From an uncultured Candidatus Babeliaceae bacterium (GTDB taxonomy: Bacteria; Babelota; Babeliae; Babelales; Babelaceae): a DNA stretch of 64,000 bases. The DNA is taken from NCBI GenBank assembly GCA_963704655.1, contig OY969927.1, positions 416,001 to 480,000 of the forward strand. Reading direction: 5' to 3'. Positions 9,146-18,733 of this stretch are shown one piece after another. Every line of letters starts with the position of its first letter. Within the stretch, counting starts at the first letter, position 1. The notes under the pieces are model-generated. The model was not told the DNA's origin. It was given only the letters and a program-made list of their open reading frames with translations, and made no database searches. The position numbers and the translations under genes are program-made.

Positions 9146-9802
9146 TCAGATACAAATCACCTGTGAACTATCTGAAGATTGCTGATGCTTAAGAATAGTT
9201 TCCTTAATAATTTTACATTCATACGTCAGATATTTTGCAGGTTTAGCACTTTTTTCAATCATTTCAATCTTATCAAGTATCGTCTGCTTGAACATATCCT
9301 TTAAGGTGATATCACACCCACATGCAAGTAGCGTCTTTAATTTATCTAACCACCCAGCATTATTTTCCTTTTCAATGTATGAGGCCATAAAGTGCAATGG
9401 CGTAGCCATATAATCATTTTTTTGATCATTTATATCCAGGCCTAAATCAGTATAATAACGTATAAGCGCCGCCTCATGTCCTCCATGATTTACAGCATTA
9501 TGTAAGAGTGTTAATCCATTGGGCGAACGATCTTTTACGAAAACTTTGCATTTATCAACTAAAATACGCGCAAAAGCAACCGTATGAGCACCCCATAAAA
9601 TTTCGTTTTTAAATTCCATACTTTTATTTTCAAGAGCCAAAGGGACACTTTCCAGAGGGATATCCTCTTTAGAAATAACATTTAAAAAATTCTTCGGATG
9701 CTCAATCGCACTCAAGCGCACTGCAATATCAGCACGTCCCATTGAAAAAATTGATGATGCTATTAAGCAGAAAAATAAATAATATTTTTTAAAAAAATTC
9801 AT
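9146..9802 (-). CDS. Ankyrin-repeat protein with signal peptide
   Basis: GLTLLHNAV...GLDINDQK and TPLHFMA...LLACGCDITLKD ankyrin motifs; GGGAG RBS before ATG 9802. Confidence 0.8.
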   Translation of the reverse strand: MNFFKKYYLFFCLIASSIFSMGRADIAVRLSAIEHPKNFLNVISKEDIPLESVPLALENKSMEFKNEILWGAHTVAFARILVDKCKVFVKDRSPNGLTLLHNAVNHGGHEAALIRYYTDLGLDINDQKNDYMATPLHFMASYIEKENNAGWLDKLKTLLACGCDITLKDMFKQTILDKIEMIEKSAKPAKYLTYECKIIKETILKHQQSSDSSQVICI

Positions 9803-9892
9803 CTTAAATAACTCCCAAAGAAATCGATTCATAATTTCTCTTTTTTTATAGTATTATCAAAAATAACAAAAAATAACATCTTAAGGATAAGT

Positions 9893-10750
9893 ATGATATT
9901 AAAAAATTCAGGAACAATAATAATCGATGGCTTTGAACTTCGTTATACCATTGAAGGCACGGGCAAAACGGCATTAGTTATTGGTAGTGCAGTATATTAC
10001 CCAAGAACTTTTTCACAAAATCTCCGTGAACATCTCAAGCTTATCTTTATGGACCACCGCGGCTTTGCAGCATCAAACAAAACAACTGATACTACAAAAT
10101 TTAACCTAGAGCTGTTATTGCAAGATATCGAACATGTTCGCTCTACGCTCAATTTAGGGCAAATTATTATTATCGGCCATTCTGGACATGGGTACATGGC
10201 TCTTGAATATGCAAAAAAATATCCGCAGCATGTCAGCCACGTAGTACTTATCGGCATGGGCCCTGATCAAAGTGCCGCTAGTCATGTCCAATCAGAAGAA
10301 TATTTTAATGATTCAGTAAATCCAGAGCGAAAAGCATGGTTACAAAAAAATCTTGAAAAACTTCCTGCTGAAATTCAAGCGCACCCAGAAAACCGGTTTA
10401 TAACCTTTTGTATCAGATTAGGCGCAAAAAGCTGGTATAACTTTACATTTGATGCCACACCACTTTGGCAAGGGGTTGAAGTTAATAACGCCATGTTTGA
10501 TTACGTCTGGGGAGCAGTATTTCGCGATATCGATATAACCAAAGGGCTAGAAAACTTTAACAAACCAGTCTTTCTTGCATTGGGTCATTTTGATTTTCTG
10601 GTGGCGCCATTTTTTTCATGGAACTCCATACGCTCAAAATTTAAAAATTTAACGATAAAGATATTTGAAAAAAGTGCCCACACTCCTCAGTATGAAGAGC
10701 CCGAGATTTTCGATCAGGAGCTCTTAACATGGTTAAATAAAATATCTTAA
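9893..10750 (+). CDS. Alpha/beta hydrolase (proline iminopeptidase-like)
   Basis: DHRG, GHSGHG nucleophile elbow, FEKSAHTPQYEEP. Confidence 0.88.
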   Translation: MILKNSGTIIIDGFELRYTIEGTGKTALVIGSAVYYPRTFSQNLREHLKLIFMDHRGFAASNKTTDTTKFNLELLLQDIEHVRSTLNLGQIIIIGHSGHGYMALEYAKKYPQHVSHVVLIGMGPDQSAASHVQSEEYFNDSVNPERKAWLQKNLEKLPAEIQAHPENRFITFCIRLGAKSWYNFTFDATPLWQGVEVNNAMFDYVWGAVFRDIDITKGLENFNKPVFLALGHFDFLVAPFFSWNSIRSKFKNLTIKIFEKSAHTPQYEEPEIFDQELLTWLNKIS

Positions 10751-10759
10751 AAAAATTAA

Positions 10760-11545
10760 TTATACATAATCTAGGCGCTTTTTTAAGTTTCGCATGCCCA
10801 CAACAAGACACACTACAGAAAAGAATGCGATAGCCAGCAAGCATGCCCAAAAATTAAGATACTCTTGCTGCCCAAGCATAGCCGCACGAGTGCTTTCTGT
10901 AATATAGATCATGGGGTTTATTAAATTAATCCAGGCAACAACGGGCAGTACATAATACAGCGACATCCATGAAAATGAATAGCCGCCCATAAACCACATC
11001 GGGAAAATAAATCGTGCCCACACACTACCCAATTTTGACATGTTTTCAATAACACTCGACGCCCAAATAACAAAGCATGCAAAAAAAATACTTTGAAAAA
11101 TAAGTGCCAACAATAATTGAAAATAATTAATCTGTAAAAGATCTAACTGGTTCCACAATGATAATTTACCTACGGGCAGCATGCATACAGTAAGCGTAAA
11201 ATAGACAATAAAATAATATGCAGCCTTACTGACAATCGCAAGCCACGAAGGTATCGGCAAGGTTAGACGATAGTCTATGCCGCGGTCCCCTTCAAAATCT
11301 ACAACAAGATCAACAACACTTGAGTACAGTTCAAATAGCCCTACTGCGGCTAAAACGCCACCAAGCTGAACTGCGCCAAAGCTTGCTGCCAAACCAAAAT
11401 AGGGCATAATATACCCAGCAACAAAGATGGTTAAAACAACCCAAATGGTCACATCGATAAGTTTATTAAAAAATGTTTGCTTAAAGACAATAAGGTCGCT
11501 CAAAATAAGATTTTTACACACCGTGAAATATAAATTTTTCTTCAT
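10760..11545 (-). CDS. ABC-2 type transporter permease
   Basis: Six hydrophobic segments, NPMIYITESTR motif, adjacent to an ABC ATPase. Confidence 0.85.
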   Translation of the reverse strand: MKKNLYFTVCKNLILSDLIVFKQTFFNKLIDVTIWVVLTIFVAGYIMPYFGLAASFGAVQLGGVLAAVGLFELYSSVVDLVVDFEGDRGIDYRLTLPIPSWLAIVSKAAYYFIVYFTLTVCMLPVGKLSLWNQLDLLQINYFQLLLALIFQSIFFACFVIWASSVIENMSKLGSVWARFIFPMWFMGGYSFSWMSLYYVLPVVAWINLINPMIYITESTRAAMLGQQEYLNFWACLLAIAFFSVVCLVVGMRNLKKRLDYV

Positions 11546-11568
11546 AAAATTCTTTCGTAAATATTAAT

Positions 11569-11641
11569 CCCTCGATACATTCTACTTCGTAGAACACTCG
11601 GGATGCACGGCGTGGCCGTTCATCCTGAGCCTACGCAAGGG
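11569..11641. repeat. REP-like palindrome pair
   Basis: CCCTCGATACATTCTACTTCGTAGAACACTCGGGATGCACGG, nearly identical to the copies at 58554 and 58924, followed by CCGTTCATCCTGAG. Confidence 0.8.
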
Positions 11642-11651
11642 TTAGCGGCTA

Positions 11652-12395
11652 TTAATTTTGCCCAGCCCTTAAAAGCTCAATAAACATATCTTCCAGATTT
11701 TTCTGCTTAAAATCCGCAATAAGCTTGTCAGGAGTATCGATAAGCACTATCTGCCCTTTATCCAAAATACAGACGCGGTCAGAAAGTTTTTCAGCTTCAT
11801 CTAGATAATGCGTCGTAAGTAACACCGTAATCCCCTGCTTTTTAAGGCTGGTAATGACATCCCATAAATTTCTCCTGATATGCGGATCAAGGCCAACCGT
11901 TGGCTCATCTAAGATGATCAACTCTGGGTTATGAATTAAACTACGCGCAATCATAAAGCGCTGTTTATACCCGCCAGAAAGAATCGAAGCAGATTCTTGC
12001 AGATATTTTTCGAGCTCAAACTGCGCAGCTAAGCTTTTAATGCGATCTTTTATAACAGGCTCTGTGAGCCCATAAAATCTACCGGCAAAAAGAAGATTCT
12101 CTTCTAGCGTAAGCATGGGGTTGAGATTCGGCTTTTGTGGGCAATATCCAATTTTGGATCTAAAGTTTTCGATGTTTTTGTAAATCGATTCGCCTTTAAA
12201 AAGAATATCACCCGATGTTGCCGGATGCAGCGTTGCAATAATGCCAGACAAGGTCGACTTGCCCGCGCCATTGACGCCCAGCAAACTTAAGATTTCGCCC
12301 TTATTAATAGTAAGAAAAACGCCCTTCAGTGCCTCTGATTCACCACGATTGGTGATATATTTTTTTCGGATATTGTTAACTTCGAGTAATGACAT
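11652..12395 (-). CDS. ABC transporter ATP-binding protein
   Basis: GVNGAGKST, LSGG, ILDEPTVGLDP, TTHYLDEAE. Confidence 0.95.
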   Translation of the reverse strand: MSLLEVNNIRKKYITNRGESEALKGVFLTINKGEILSLLGVNGAGKSTLSGIIATLHPATSGDILFKGESIYKNIENFRSKIGYCPQKPNLNPMLTLEENLLFAGRFYGLTEPVIKDRIKSLAAQFELEKYLQESASILSGGYKQRFMIARSLIHNPELIILDEPTVGLDPHIRRNLWDVITSLKKQGITVLLTTHYLDEAEKLSDRVCILDKGQIVLIDTPDKLIADFKQKNLEDMFIELLRAGQN

Positions 12396-12689
12396 AGAAT
12401 AACCTTATGCTTAAATGGTAAGCACACAGGCGCGCGTAAGAAAACATGCTAGAAGCGTACTATGAAGTTTTTATGAAAATGAAAAGGCTGAAAGATCTAA
12501 ACACAGTTTTCGTACAAAGCGCACTATATGCACAATGAACTAATTTTTTTAAATGGTGTTTAGATGTTCATGATGGCCGACTCACTTGTTTTTGATGTGA
12601 AGCAAAAAATTACTTACAATCTATAATTTAAATATATTTTTTTAAAAAAGTCAATTTTTGAAAAAAACTGTTTTTTTAAATACACAAAA

Positions 12690-13340
12690 TTAATCCTCAA
12701 CAAGCCTGATTTCAATGCGTTCTATCCCTTTGCCCGGGCGGTCCCTTTTAAGTGTCACAAAACCAACTTCAGCCGTTGAATTAACATGCGTGCCTCCGCA
12801 GGGCACTTGCGCAAAGCCTTCAATTTTCCAAAAGCGCCGCTGGTTTTCAACGTCAGAATAGCCCTTCTGAATTTCCAAATCGCTAGAGATTATCTTATTA
12901 TATTCTTGTAAAATATCCGGAAAGTGCACTGAAATATTCGTGTCGGATTTAAAGTCTATACGAGATTTAGTTTCAGCAATATGCGCACCGACTTTTTCTA
13001 GATTAAACTTTTGTGTAACAATCTCGAGTATCAATTCAGCTGCAAAATGTAAACGCATGAGCCTCAATCTACGCGGCCAATCGATGTGCATGGCAACTGT
13101 GTCTCCGACTTTGAGATTATGCCCATCTTGAAGCGTATAGTAAATCAAGTTGCCTTCACGCACAGAATCGATAATGGGGATTCCATTAACGGTTGCTTTG
13201 TCACTTTCTTGGCCACCAGCAAATGAATAAACTACTGTTTCATCAAAGAGAATCTTATCGCCATCAACTGATGCAACTTTGGTTGTGAGAGTCTGTTGAT
13301 AGGGATTATCCCAGAATACCTTACGCACGCTATCTTCCAA
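12690..13340 (-). CDS. Alanyl-tRNA editing protein (AlaX)
   Basis: GGQESD, RLMRLHFAAE, VPCGGTHV. Confidence 0.88.
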   Translation of the reverse strand: MEDSVRKVFWDNPYQQTLTTKVASVDGDKILFDETVVYSFAGGQESDKATVNGIPIIDSVREGNLIYYTLQDGHNLKVGDTVAMHIDWPRRLRLMRLHFAAELILEIVTQKFNLEKVGAHIAETKSRIDFKSDTNISVHFPDILQEYNKIISSDLEIQKGYSDVENQRRFWKIEGFAQVPCGGTHVNSTAEVGFVTLKRDRPGKGIERIEIRLVED

Positions 13341-13477
13341 TTATTATATATTAAAACCTGTTAACATCATTTTATTTAGAAAAACTATAAAGCGCCAGAG
13401 CTTGACATATATATAGTAAATAACAGACTCTAAAATAGAATTAAGTTTTTATACCAATCAGCTTAAGGAGTACACGT

Positions 13478-14023
13478 ATGAAAACAGAAAGATGCTTTTT
13501 CATTGCCCTTTTTTTGATCGTATTAAACATGTATCTTAATGCGTCCGATATTGTCCCTCTTGATAGTCTGTTAGCAGAACGACGCACGGCCTTTACCTAT
13601 GCAGCACACCGTGCAATACCACAATGGTTTACCGGCAGATTAAAACCAGTAGCACTTGCCACCATATTATGCGCGCCATTTTTTTTAGAATTAATAGAAA
13701 GCCCACCTGCAGCAACATCTATTTTGCTGCCGATTACGGCAGGGATTATGGCCCGCCAATTTCTTTTAACAGCACGTGATGTTCAACTGTATAATAATGT
13801 TAGCTTATCAAGAACCCATCTGCTTCTTTATGACTTTCCATCAACAGACGAGCTTAATGCGATGGATAACCATCACCAGATTTTACAAGAATTGGCCGAA
13901 TATACGAAAAATAATGGTACTTACTTTGAAAAAGCTTTACTTTTAACACCCGGCTTGCGCGGATATAAAAAGCTACAGAAATTAGATAACTCGGTTATAA
14001 AATTCAATAAAAAAGGCCCATAA
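13478..14023 (+). CDS. Hypothetical exported/membrane protein
   Basis: AAGGAG RBS, signal peptide, hydrophobic pair. Confidence 0.7.
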   Translation: MKTERCFFIALFLIVLNMYLNASDIVPLDSLLAERRTAFTYAAHRAIPQWFTGRLKPVALATILCAPFFLELIESPPAATSILLPITAGIMARQFLLTARDVQLYNNVSLSRTHLLLYDFPSTDELNAMDNHHQILQELAEYTKNNGTYFEKALLLTPGLRGYKKLQKLDNSVIKFNKKGP

Positions 14024-14026
14024 AAT

Positions 14027-14350
14027 TTACAGGCATGATGCAATGTAATCTTTTTTTAAAAGTGAGAGCATTATTCTGTCGCAGAATTCATCTCTTAAAT
14101 AATAGTATTCTCGTAAAAAGCCTTCATTCTGAAAGCCTAATTTCTCTAACACTCGCCTACTTGCCACATTACGTGGATCAAAAGTTGCTTGAATGCGATT
14201 AAAACCAAGTGTATTAAAACCATATTCTATTACCGCCTGCCCCGCTTCTGTTGCGATCCCTGTTGAAAAAAGATTGCAAAAAAAACTTAGTGCGAAAAAG
14301 AAATATAACATGGTATTTTTCAAAGTTTGGTGCATAGTAAACATCTGCAA
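14027..14350 (-). pseudogene. Truncated RimJ/RimL-type GNAT acetyltransferase
   Basis: Only the C-terminal half is present (GIATEAG...NVASRRVLEKLGF..EGFLRE), joined directly to a signal-peptide-like leader. Confidence 0.65.
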
Positions 14351-14362
14351 CCTTATTAAGTT

Positions 14363-14920
14363 TTAATTATAATCACAATTTTCACCATGAAATCCTTTTT
14401 GTTTTTTAGATCTCTTAGCTTCAAGATATATTTCTTCAATCGAATCAAAATCATGAGCCTTAGCTAATTTTTTTTGCTGTAACTGTTTAACATCAGCCGC
14501 ATGCTTTTTAGCCAAAGCTATTCGTTGTTCTTTGGTAGGCTTATGCTGCGCTAACCATGCCTGTAAATGGCTTTCACCAGTAACGGGAAAAATAGTAATT
14601 ACTCTATTTGTGATACGATTTATAACTACGCCCAATTTTTTATCAATATCAACGCAGAATTGTCTACAATCTAAAGTCTGAACACAGTCTATAGCGTTAT
14701 AACGATTACCATGACCTATCACCCAAGCAACATCATCAACTGTTACCCCACGCTCATCCATTCTTTTCCGCGCATGACTCGTATAATAATAACGGCCTAT
14801 AAATTTCCCCGGCTTAACAATCGAAGACAATAATATCGCTTCTTCACTAGCATATACAACAGATGAACATGCCAAAGATATCAATAGTAATGATATTAGT
14901 AAGTGTACTTTTTTAAACAT
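14363..14920 (-). CDS. Secreted DUF4258-like (RelE/BrnT-type fold) protein
   Basis: Signal peptide; YTSHARKRMDERGVTVDDVAWVI...VITIF. Confidence 0.65.
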   Translation of the reverse strand: MFKKVHLLISLLLISLACSSVVYASEEAILLSSIVKPGKFIGRYYYTSHARKRMDERGVTVDDVAWVIGHGNRYNAIDCVQTLDCRQFCVDIDKKLGVVINRITNRVITIFPVTGESHLQAWLAQHKPTKEQRIALAKKHAADVKQLQQKKLAKAHDFDSIEEIYLEAKRSKKQKGFHGENCDYN

Positions 14921-15114
14921 ATTTTTTCCTATAATAGCTACTCATGTGCCATAAACAAATAATAATTCAATATAATTTATTTTACAAATGTTGCACGAGT
15001 TGTTGCAACAGCTTTAAACCCCTGCGCATGACCAAAATAATAAGGGTGGTACATTTTTAGCAATTTGGGGAGAGAAGATTCTCTTATATGATTAAACGCA
15101 GCGCTGAAAGAAAA

Positions 15115-15783
15115 CTAACAAATGGGCAAAACGTTTTTATTCTGGCGCTGGTTTTCTGAAATAAGTTGATTGAGGCGATCTTGAAAATCTTTGAATTCTT
15201 TTTTATTCAGCAAGCTTTTTAGTAGATCAAATAATTCTGAATCTTCAATAAAATAAACCTGAACACCAAAATCTACCATTGCTTCAAGCGCAGAATCAAA
15301 ATAAAATATATGCAACGGCTTTGCAGTTTCACGACTTACCCATTCATTTGGCCCCATACCCTTAGAAGGGGTAAAATAGAAGCCGTCGCTCGATAAACAG
15401 TAAATAGCGCCACCATTATCTTGTCGCATAAAATCTGCTTTACTACCGTTGTAAACAAAGTGAAATGATTTACCATTAAAGTTTCCCTTGATAACTTTGC
15501 CGGGCTGCTTACTCATTAACCACATAGAAGCAACATCAATGTTTGGAGTTGCAAAAACAACAGCCCCTTCTTCTTTGTCACGCACATGCTCTGCTCGCGG
15601 CTGAAGCACTTCTATTTCTTTATTTGATGACCCGTGAAATAAGATACGGGGCTTTGTTTCTACATCAAGATGAGTCTTATGAACTTCTCCTGCACCTTTG
15701 TGTGGCTGACCAAGCCTTAAGCCTGCATACACGGCAAGAGACATAGTTACCAAAAGAGCAGTTATCGTTAATTCTTTTTTCAT
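15115..15783 (-). CDS. Exported hypothetical protein, ADP-ribosyltransferase-like motifs
   Basis: N-terminal signal/anchor; LFHGS...LQPR...VFATP...GAIY...EWVS. Confidence 0.55.
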   Translation of the reverse strand: MKKELTITALLVTMSLAVYAGLRLGQPHKGAGEVHKTHLDVETKPRILFHGSSNKEIEVLQPRAEHVRDKEEGAVVFATPNIDVASMWLMSKQPGKVIKGNFNGKSFHFVYNGSKADFMRQDNGGAIYCLSSDGFYFTPSKGMGPNEWVSRETAKPLHIFYFDSALEAMVDFGVQVYFIEDSELFDLLKSLLNKKEFKDFQDRLNQLISENQRQNKNVLPIC

Positions 15784-15925
15784 ACCTAATCCTTTAACCC
15801 GTCAATATGGTTCATCAATGCTATCTCTACAAGCACAAAAAAAGCCTTACTCATGTGATCTGCAAAAATAGTAAGCGTGCAATACGATACTATAACGTGA
15901 AAATAACATCACACTGCTATAAAAA

Positions 15926-16399
15926 TCAAGTTAAAATAGTCTCTAAAATAGAAACTAAATTTTTTGGAAATATAATCTCATTACTTGTTTTTAAATCATG
16001 AATATTCCACCAAAAACTTCCTGCTATTATCGATTTTTCTTCATCATTAAAATTGTCATGTGATATTATACTATCGTTAACACGCGCTAGAAAAAAATGC
16101 TCTTTAAAGAGTGTCAAAACGCCTCTTAAGATTAATTCATTTTCGCTATATAAAATCGGTACATGATTAAACTCAGCATCAATAATACCTGCTTCTTCAT
16201 AGAGCTCACGCCGCGCAGCAGCTAATAACGTCTCACCCTCTTCAACGCCGCCACCGGGAGTTATCCAAAAAGGAACAGTTCTTGAATATTTAGGATCAAC
16301 AACTATCGTGTTTGGTAAAACCTTAAGAAGGAAAATATGGTTTTTTTCATTTAAAAGTATAATGCGGGCAGTAAGCCGCTCCTGAATGCGAATGCTCAT
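15926..16399 (-). CDS. NUDIX hydrolase
   Basis: PGGGVEEGETLLAAARRELYEEAG Nudix box. Confidence 0.93.
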   Translation of the reverse strand: MSIRIQERLTARIILLNEKNHIFLLKVLPNTIVVDPKYSRTVPFWITPGGGVEEGETLLAAARRELYEEAGIIDAEFNHVPILYSENELILRGVLTLFKEHFFLARVNDSIISHDNFNDEEKSIIAGSFWWNIHDLKTSNEIIFPKNLVSILETILT

Positions 16400-16414
16400 A
16401 AAAAAACTTTCTTA

Positions 16415-16825
16415 TTAAATTTTATCTGCTTGTACTTGTATATTAAAAAAGTTGACTTTATGACCATCCCTTAAGGTGCTCATTTCAGTTGACGCCGGAT
16501 TACCATAGCGAACAACCAATACAGGTTGTTGTATTTTTTCATATTCATCCCCATCTTTTTTAAAGTGAATGCATACTTCAACAACAGCAGTTTCATCATC
16601 TATTGATGTCCATTTTGTCGCAATTTTCATTCTATCTTGATTATATTCGTCTACAAGCTCTCTTTTTATACTAGCAGACTCATCAATAATAAAAATGTGA
16701 TCACTGATAAAGTCTCCACATGGCTCATAGTTTTTAGAACTCACTTGAACTTGCACTTGAACACGCGCAAATGCACATGATGAAATGAAAAATAACCCGA
16801 GCTTAAAGAATTTAGTATTAATCAT
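16415..16825 (-). CDS. Hypothetical secreted protein
   Basis: Signal peptide ending AFA; GAGG RBS. Confidence 0.7.
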   Translation of the reverse strand: MINTKFFKLGLFFISSCAFARVQVQVQVSSKNYEPCGDFISDHIFIIDESASIKRELVDEYNQDRMKIATKWTSIDDETAVVEVCIHFKKDGDEYEKIQQPVLVVRYGNPASTEMSTLRDGHKVNFFNIQVQADKI

Positions 16826-17079
16826 AAAGAGCCTCTGCTGATTAAATAGAGAAAAAATTCCACACCATTATACCATTAGATAGATTGCAGATCAAAAGGT
16901 ATCTTTTCGCGAGAGATCTGCCAGATTTTAAAAAAAGCCTCTTTTGATCATCAAAGATAGTTGATAAATAGAATAGACACAAAGGGAAGCACCCAATATC
17001 TTGTTTATTTTACGAGCAAACTCAAAAGATTCTTTTTTATCATCTTCACTAATTTTTCTATTCGCTAATAGTTGTTTTC

Positions 17080-17802
17080 TTATTTTTTAAAAAACTTTAT
17101 GATATTTATCACCATTTTTTTGTTTGTGATAGATCTATATAATTGTTTAAAATAATTATGCTCTTGTGTCTCTGCATAAAGCTCTGCAACAAGATTCTGT
17201 ATACGTCCCTCTATTGAAGGAATAGTGTGCTCGTTTTCCAATTTTTTTAATTCTTGTGGGGAAATAGATACAACCTGAGCAATAGGACCTCTTTTTACTT
17301 TACGCAGCACCCTGCCAAATGAATGGATCATATCTGAAAAATTTTCTTGTGAACTTGAATAGGCCACAAAGCCGATTGGTTTATAAAACCACTGTTCCCA
17401 AAGCTTATCAATCGCATTTTTGATACCAGCTGGATAACCGTTGTTATAGTTTGGCACCAGAAATATGATAGCGTCTGATTCTACAACTTGGGAGCCCCAC
17501 TTTTTAACCAGAGGATCGTCAATTGGTTCTCTCGCTGGCAATTCGTCACCAGCAATGAATGAAAAGCCTAAATTGCTCACGTCAACTAAAAATATCGATA
17601 ATCTGTTATTTTCGACGGCAACTTCTTCAATTAATTGAATTAATTTTTTCAAAGCAGAGTCAGGCTCTATCCGCTCAGAAACAACAAGAATTTTTTTTAT
17701 TGCACTCCGCTTTAATACAAATAATGTATAATCATAGGCAAGATATGCAAAAGGTATTCCTAAAATAAAAAATAAAATTAAAATGATTTTTTTCATAGTC
17801 AA
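17080..17802 (-). CDS. NADPH-dependent FMN reductase-like protein, membrane anchored
   Basis: DAIIFLVPNYNNGYPAGIKNAID...KPIGFVAYS; N-terminal TM segment. Confidence 0.8.
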   Translation of the reverse strand: MTMKKIILILFFILGIPFAYLAYDYTLFVLKRSAIKKILVVSERIEPDSALKKLIQLIEEVAVENNRLSIFLVDVSNLGFSFIAGDELPAREPIDDPLVKKWGSQVVESDAIIFLVPNYNNGYPAGIKNAIDKLWEQWFYKPIGFVAYSSSQENFSDMIHSFGRVLRKVKRGPIAQVVSISPQELKKLENEHTIPSIEGRIQNLVAELYAETQEHNYFKQLYRSITNKKMVINIIKFFKK

Positions 17803-17805
17803 TTC

Positions 17806-18417
17806 TTAATTTTTTATTGCTTTACAGACTCGGTCAAGTAAGTTAGTGATGTCTTCTTTTGCTTCAGGCTTTTTAAAATCACCCGATTCGGTAAAAGCGC
17901 TATCTGCAATTCCAATTAAAATAGGATTATCAACAATCTTCATCTGCAGTGTTTTAAGAACCGGCTTCAGCGCATCGACAGCTTCCCAAGCAAAAGCAGC
18001 ATCACGCCCTGAATAAGCAATCAAAGCAACTGGTTTATTTTTAGCTGAAGAACCAAGTGCATCTATTCCATTTTTTAATATCCCGGAATATCCAGCATTA
18101 TAATTAGGCACCAAAAAGACAACTGCTAATGCCTGTTCAAATTTATTTCTCCACGCATTAATCCCAGGATCTGAATTTTCTTTATCCGGATTTACTAACG
18201 GTAAATTGTAATCTTGCAAATCAATAATTTCATATATTATCGATTTGTCGCCCATCTTCTGAATAATATGTGCAATTTTTCTTGATACACTATCTTTCCG
18301 GGCGCTGCCTAAAACTACTAATACGGTAGATTTATTTTCTAACATTATCGCATTAATGAAGGTTATCGAAAAAGCAACTAATAACCAAGAAATCATTACT
18401 TTAAAGTTATAAGCCAT
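17806..18417 (-). CDS. NADPH-dependent FMN reductase (flavodoxin-like)
   Basis: VLGSARKDSVS, VPNYNAGYSGILKNGID, KPVALIAYSG. Confidence 0.88.
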   Translation of the reverse strand: MAYNFKVMISWLLVAFSITFINAIMLENKSTVLVVLGSARKDSVSRKIAHIIQKMGDKSIIYEIIDLQDYNLPLVNPDKENSDPGINAWRNKFEQALAVVFLVPNYNAGYSGILKNGIDALGSSAKNKPVALIAYSGRDAAFAWEAVDALKPVLKTLQMKIVDNPILIGIADSAFTESGDFKKPEAKEDITNLLDRVCKAIKN

Positions 18418-18545
18418 AATACTAAATTTCTAAACCAATTAAAAAAAAACTTTACAGACTCATAATAGCAGTACTGCAGAATAATGTCAAATAGAATAAA
18501 GCAAGGTGGTTTTAGCGCTTACAGATTACCATAATCTTCTTTGTG

Positions 18546-18612
18546 CCCTCCTTCACTTTAAAGAGTTACTAGCCTACGTCAAGCTACGGCTGAGCAGGCG
18601 CCTAGGCAAGCC
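18546..18612. repeat. Degenerate REP-like palindrome
   Basis: GC-rich CCCTCCTTCAC...GCCTACGTCAAGCTACGGCTGAGCAGGC...GGCAAGCC in an AT-rich intergenic region. Confidence 0.45.
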
Positions 18613-18733
18613 CTCTGCAAATAATGATGGTACAAAATTTATTTGTAGCTACTTATTTTATTTAAAAATTATTTTGGATATACACTTCGACTTTTGCTGC
18701 AGAATCATAAGCGAACACTTTAAAAAGCAGTTT

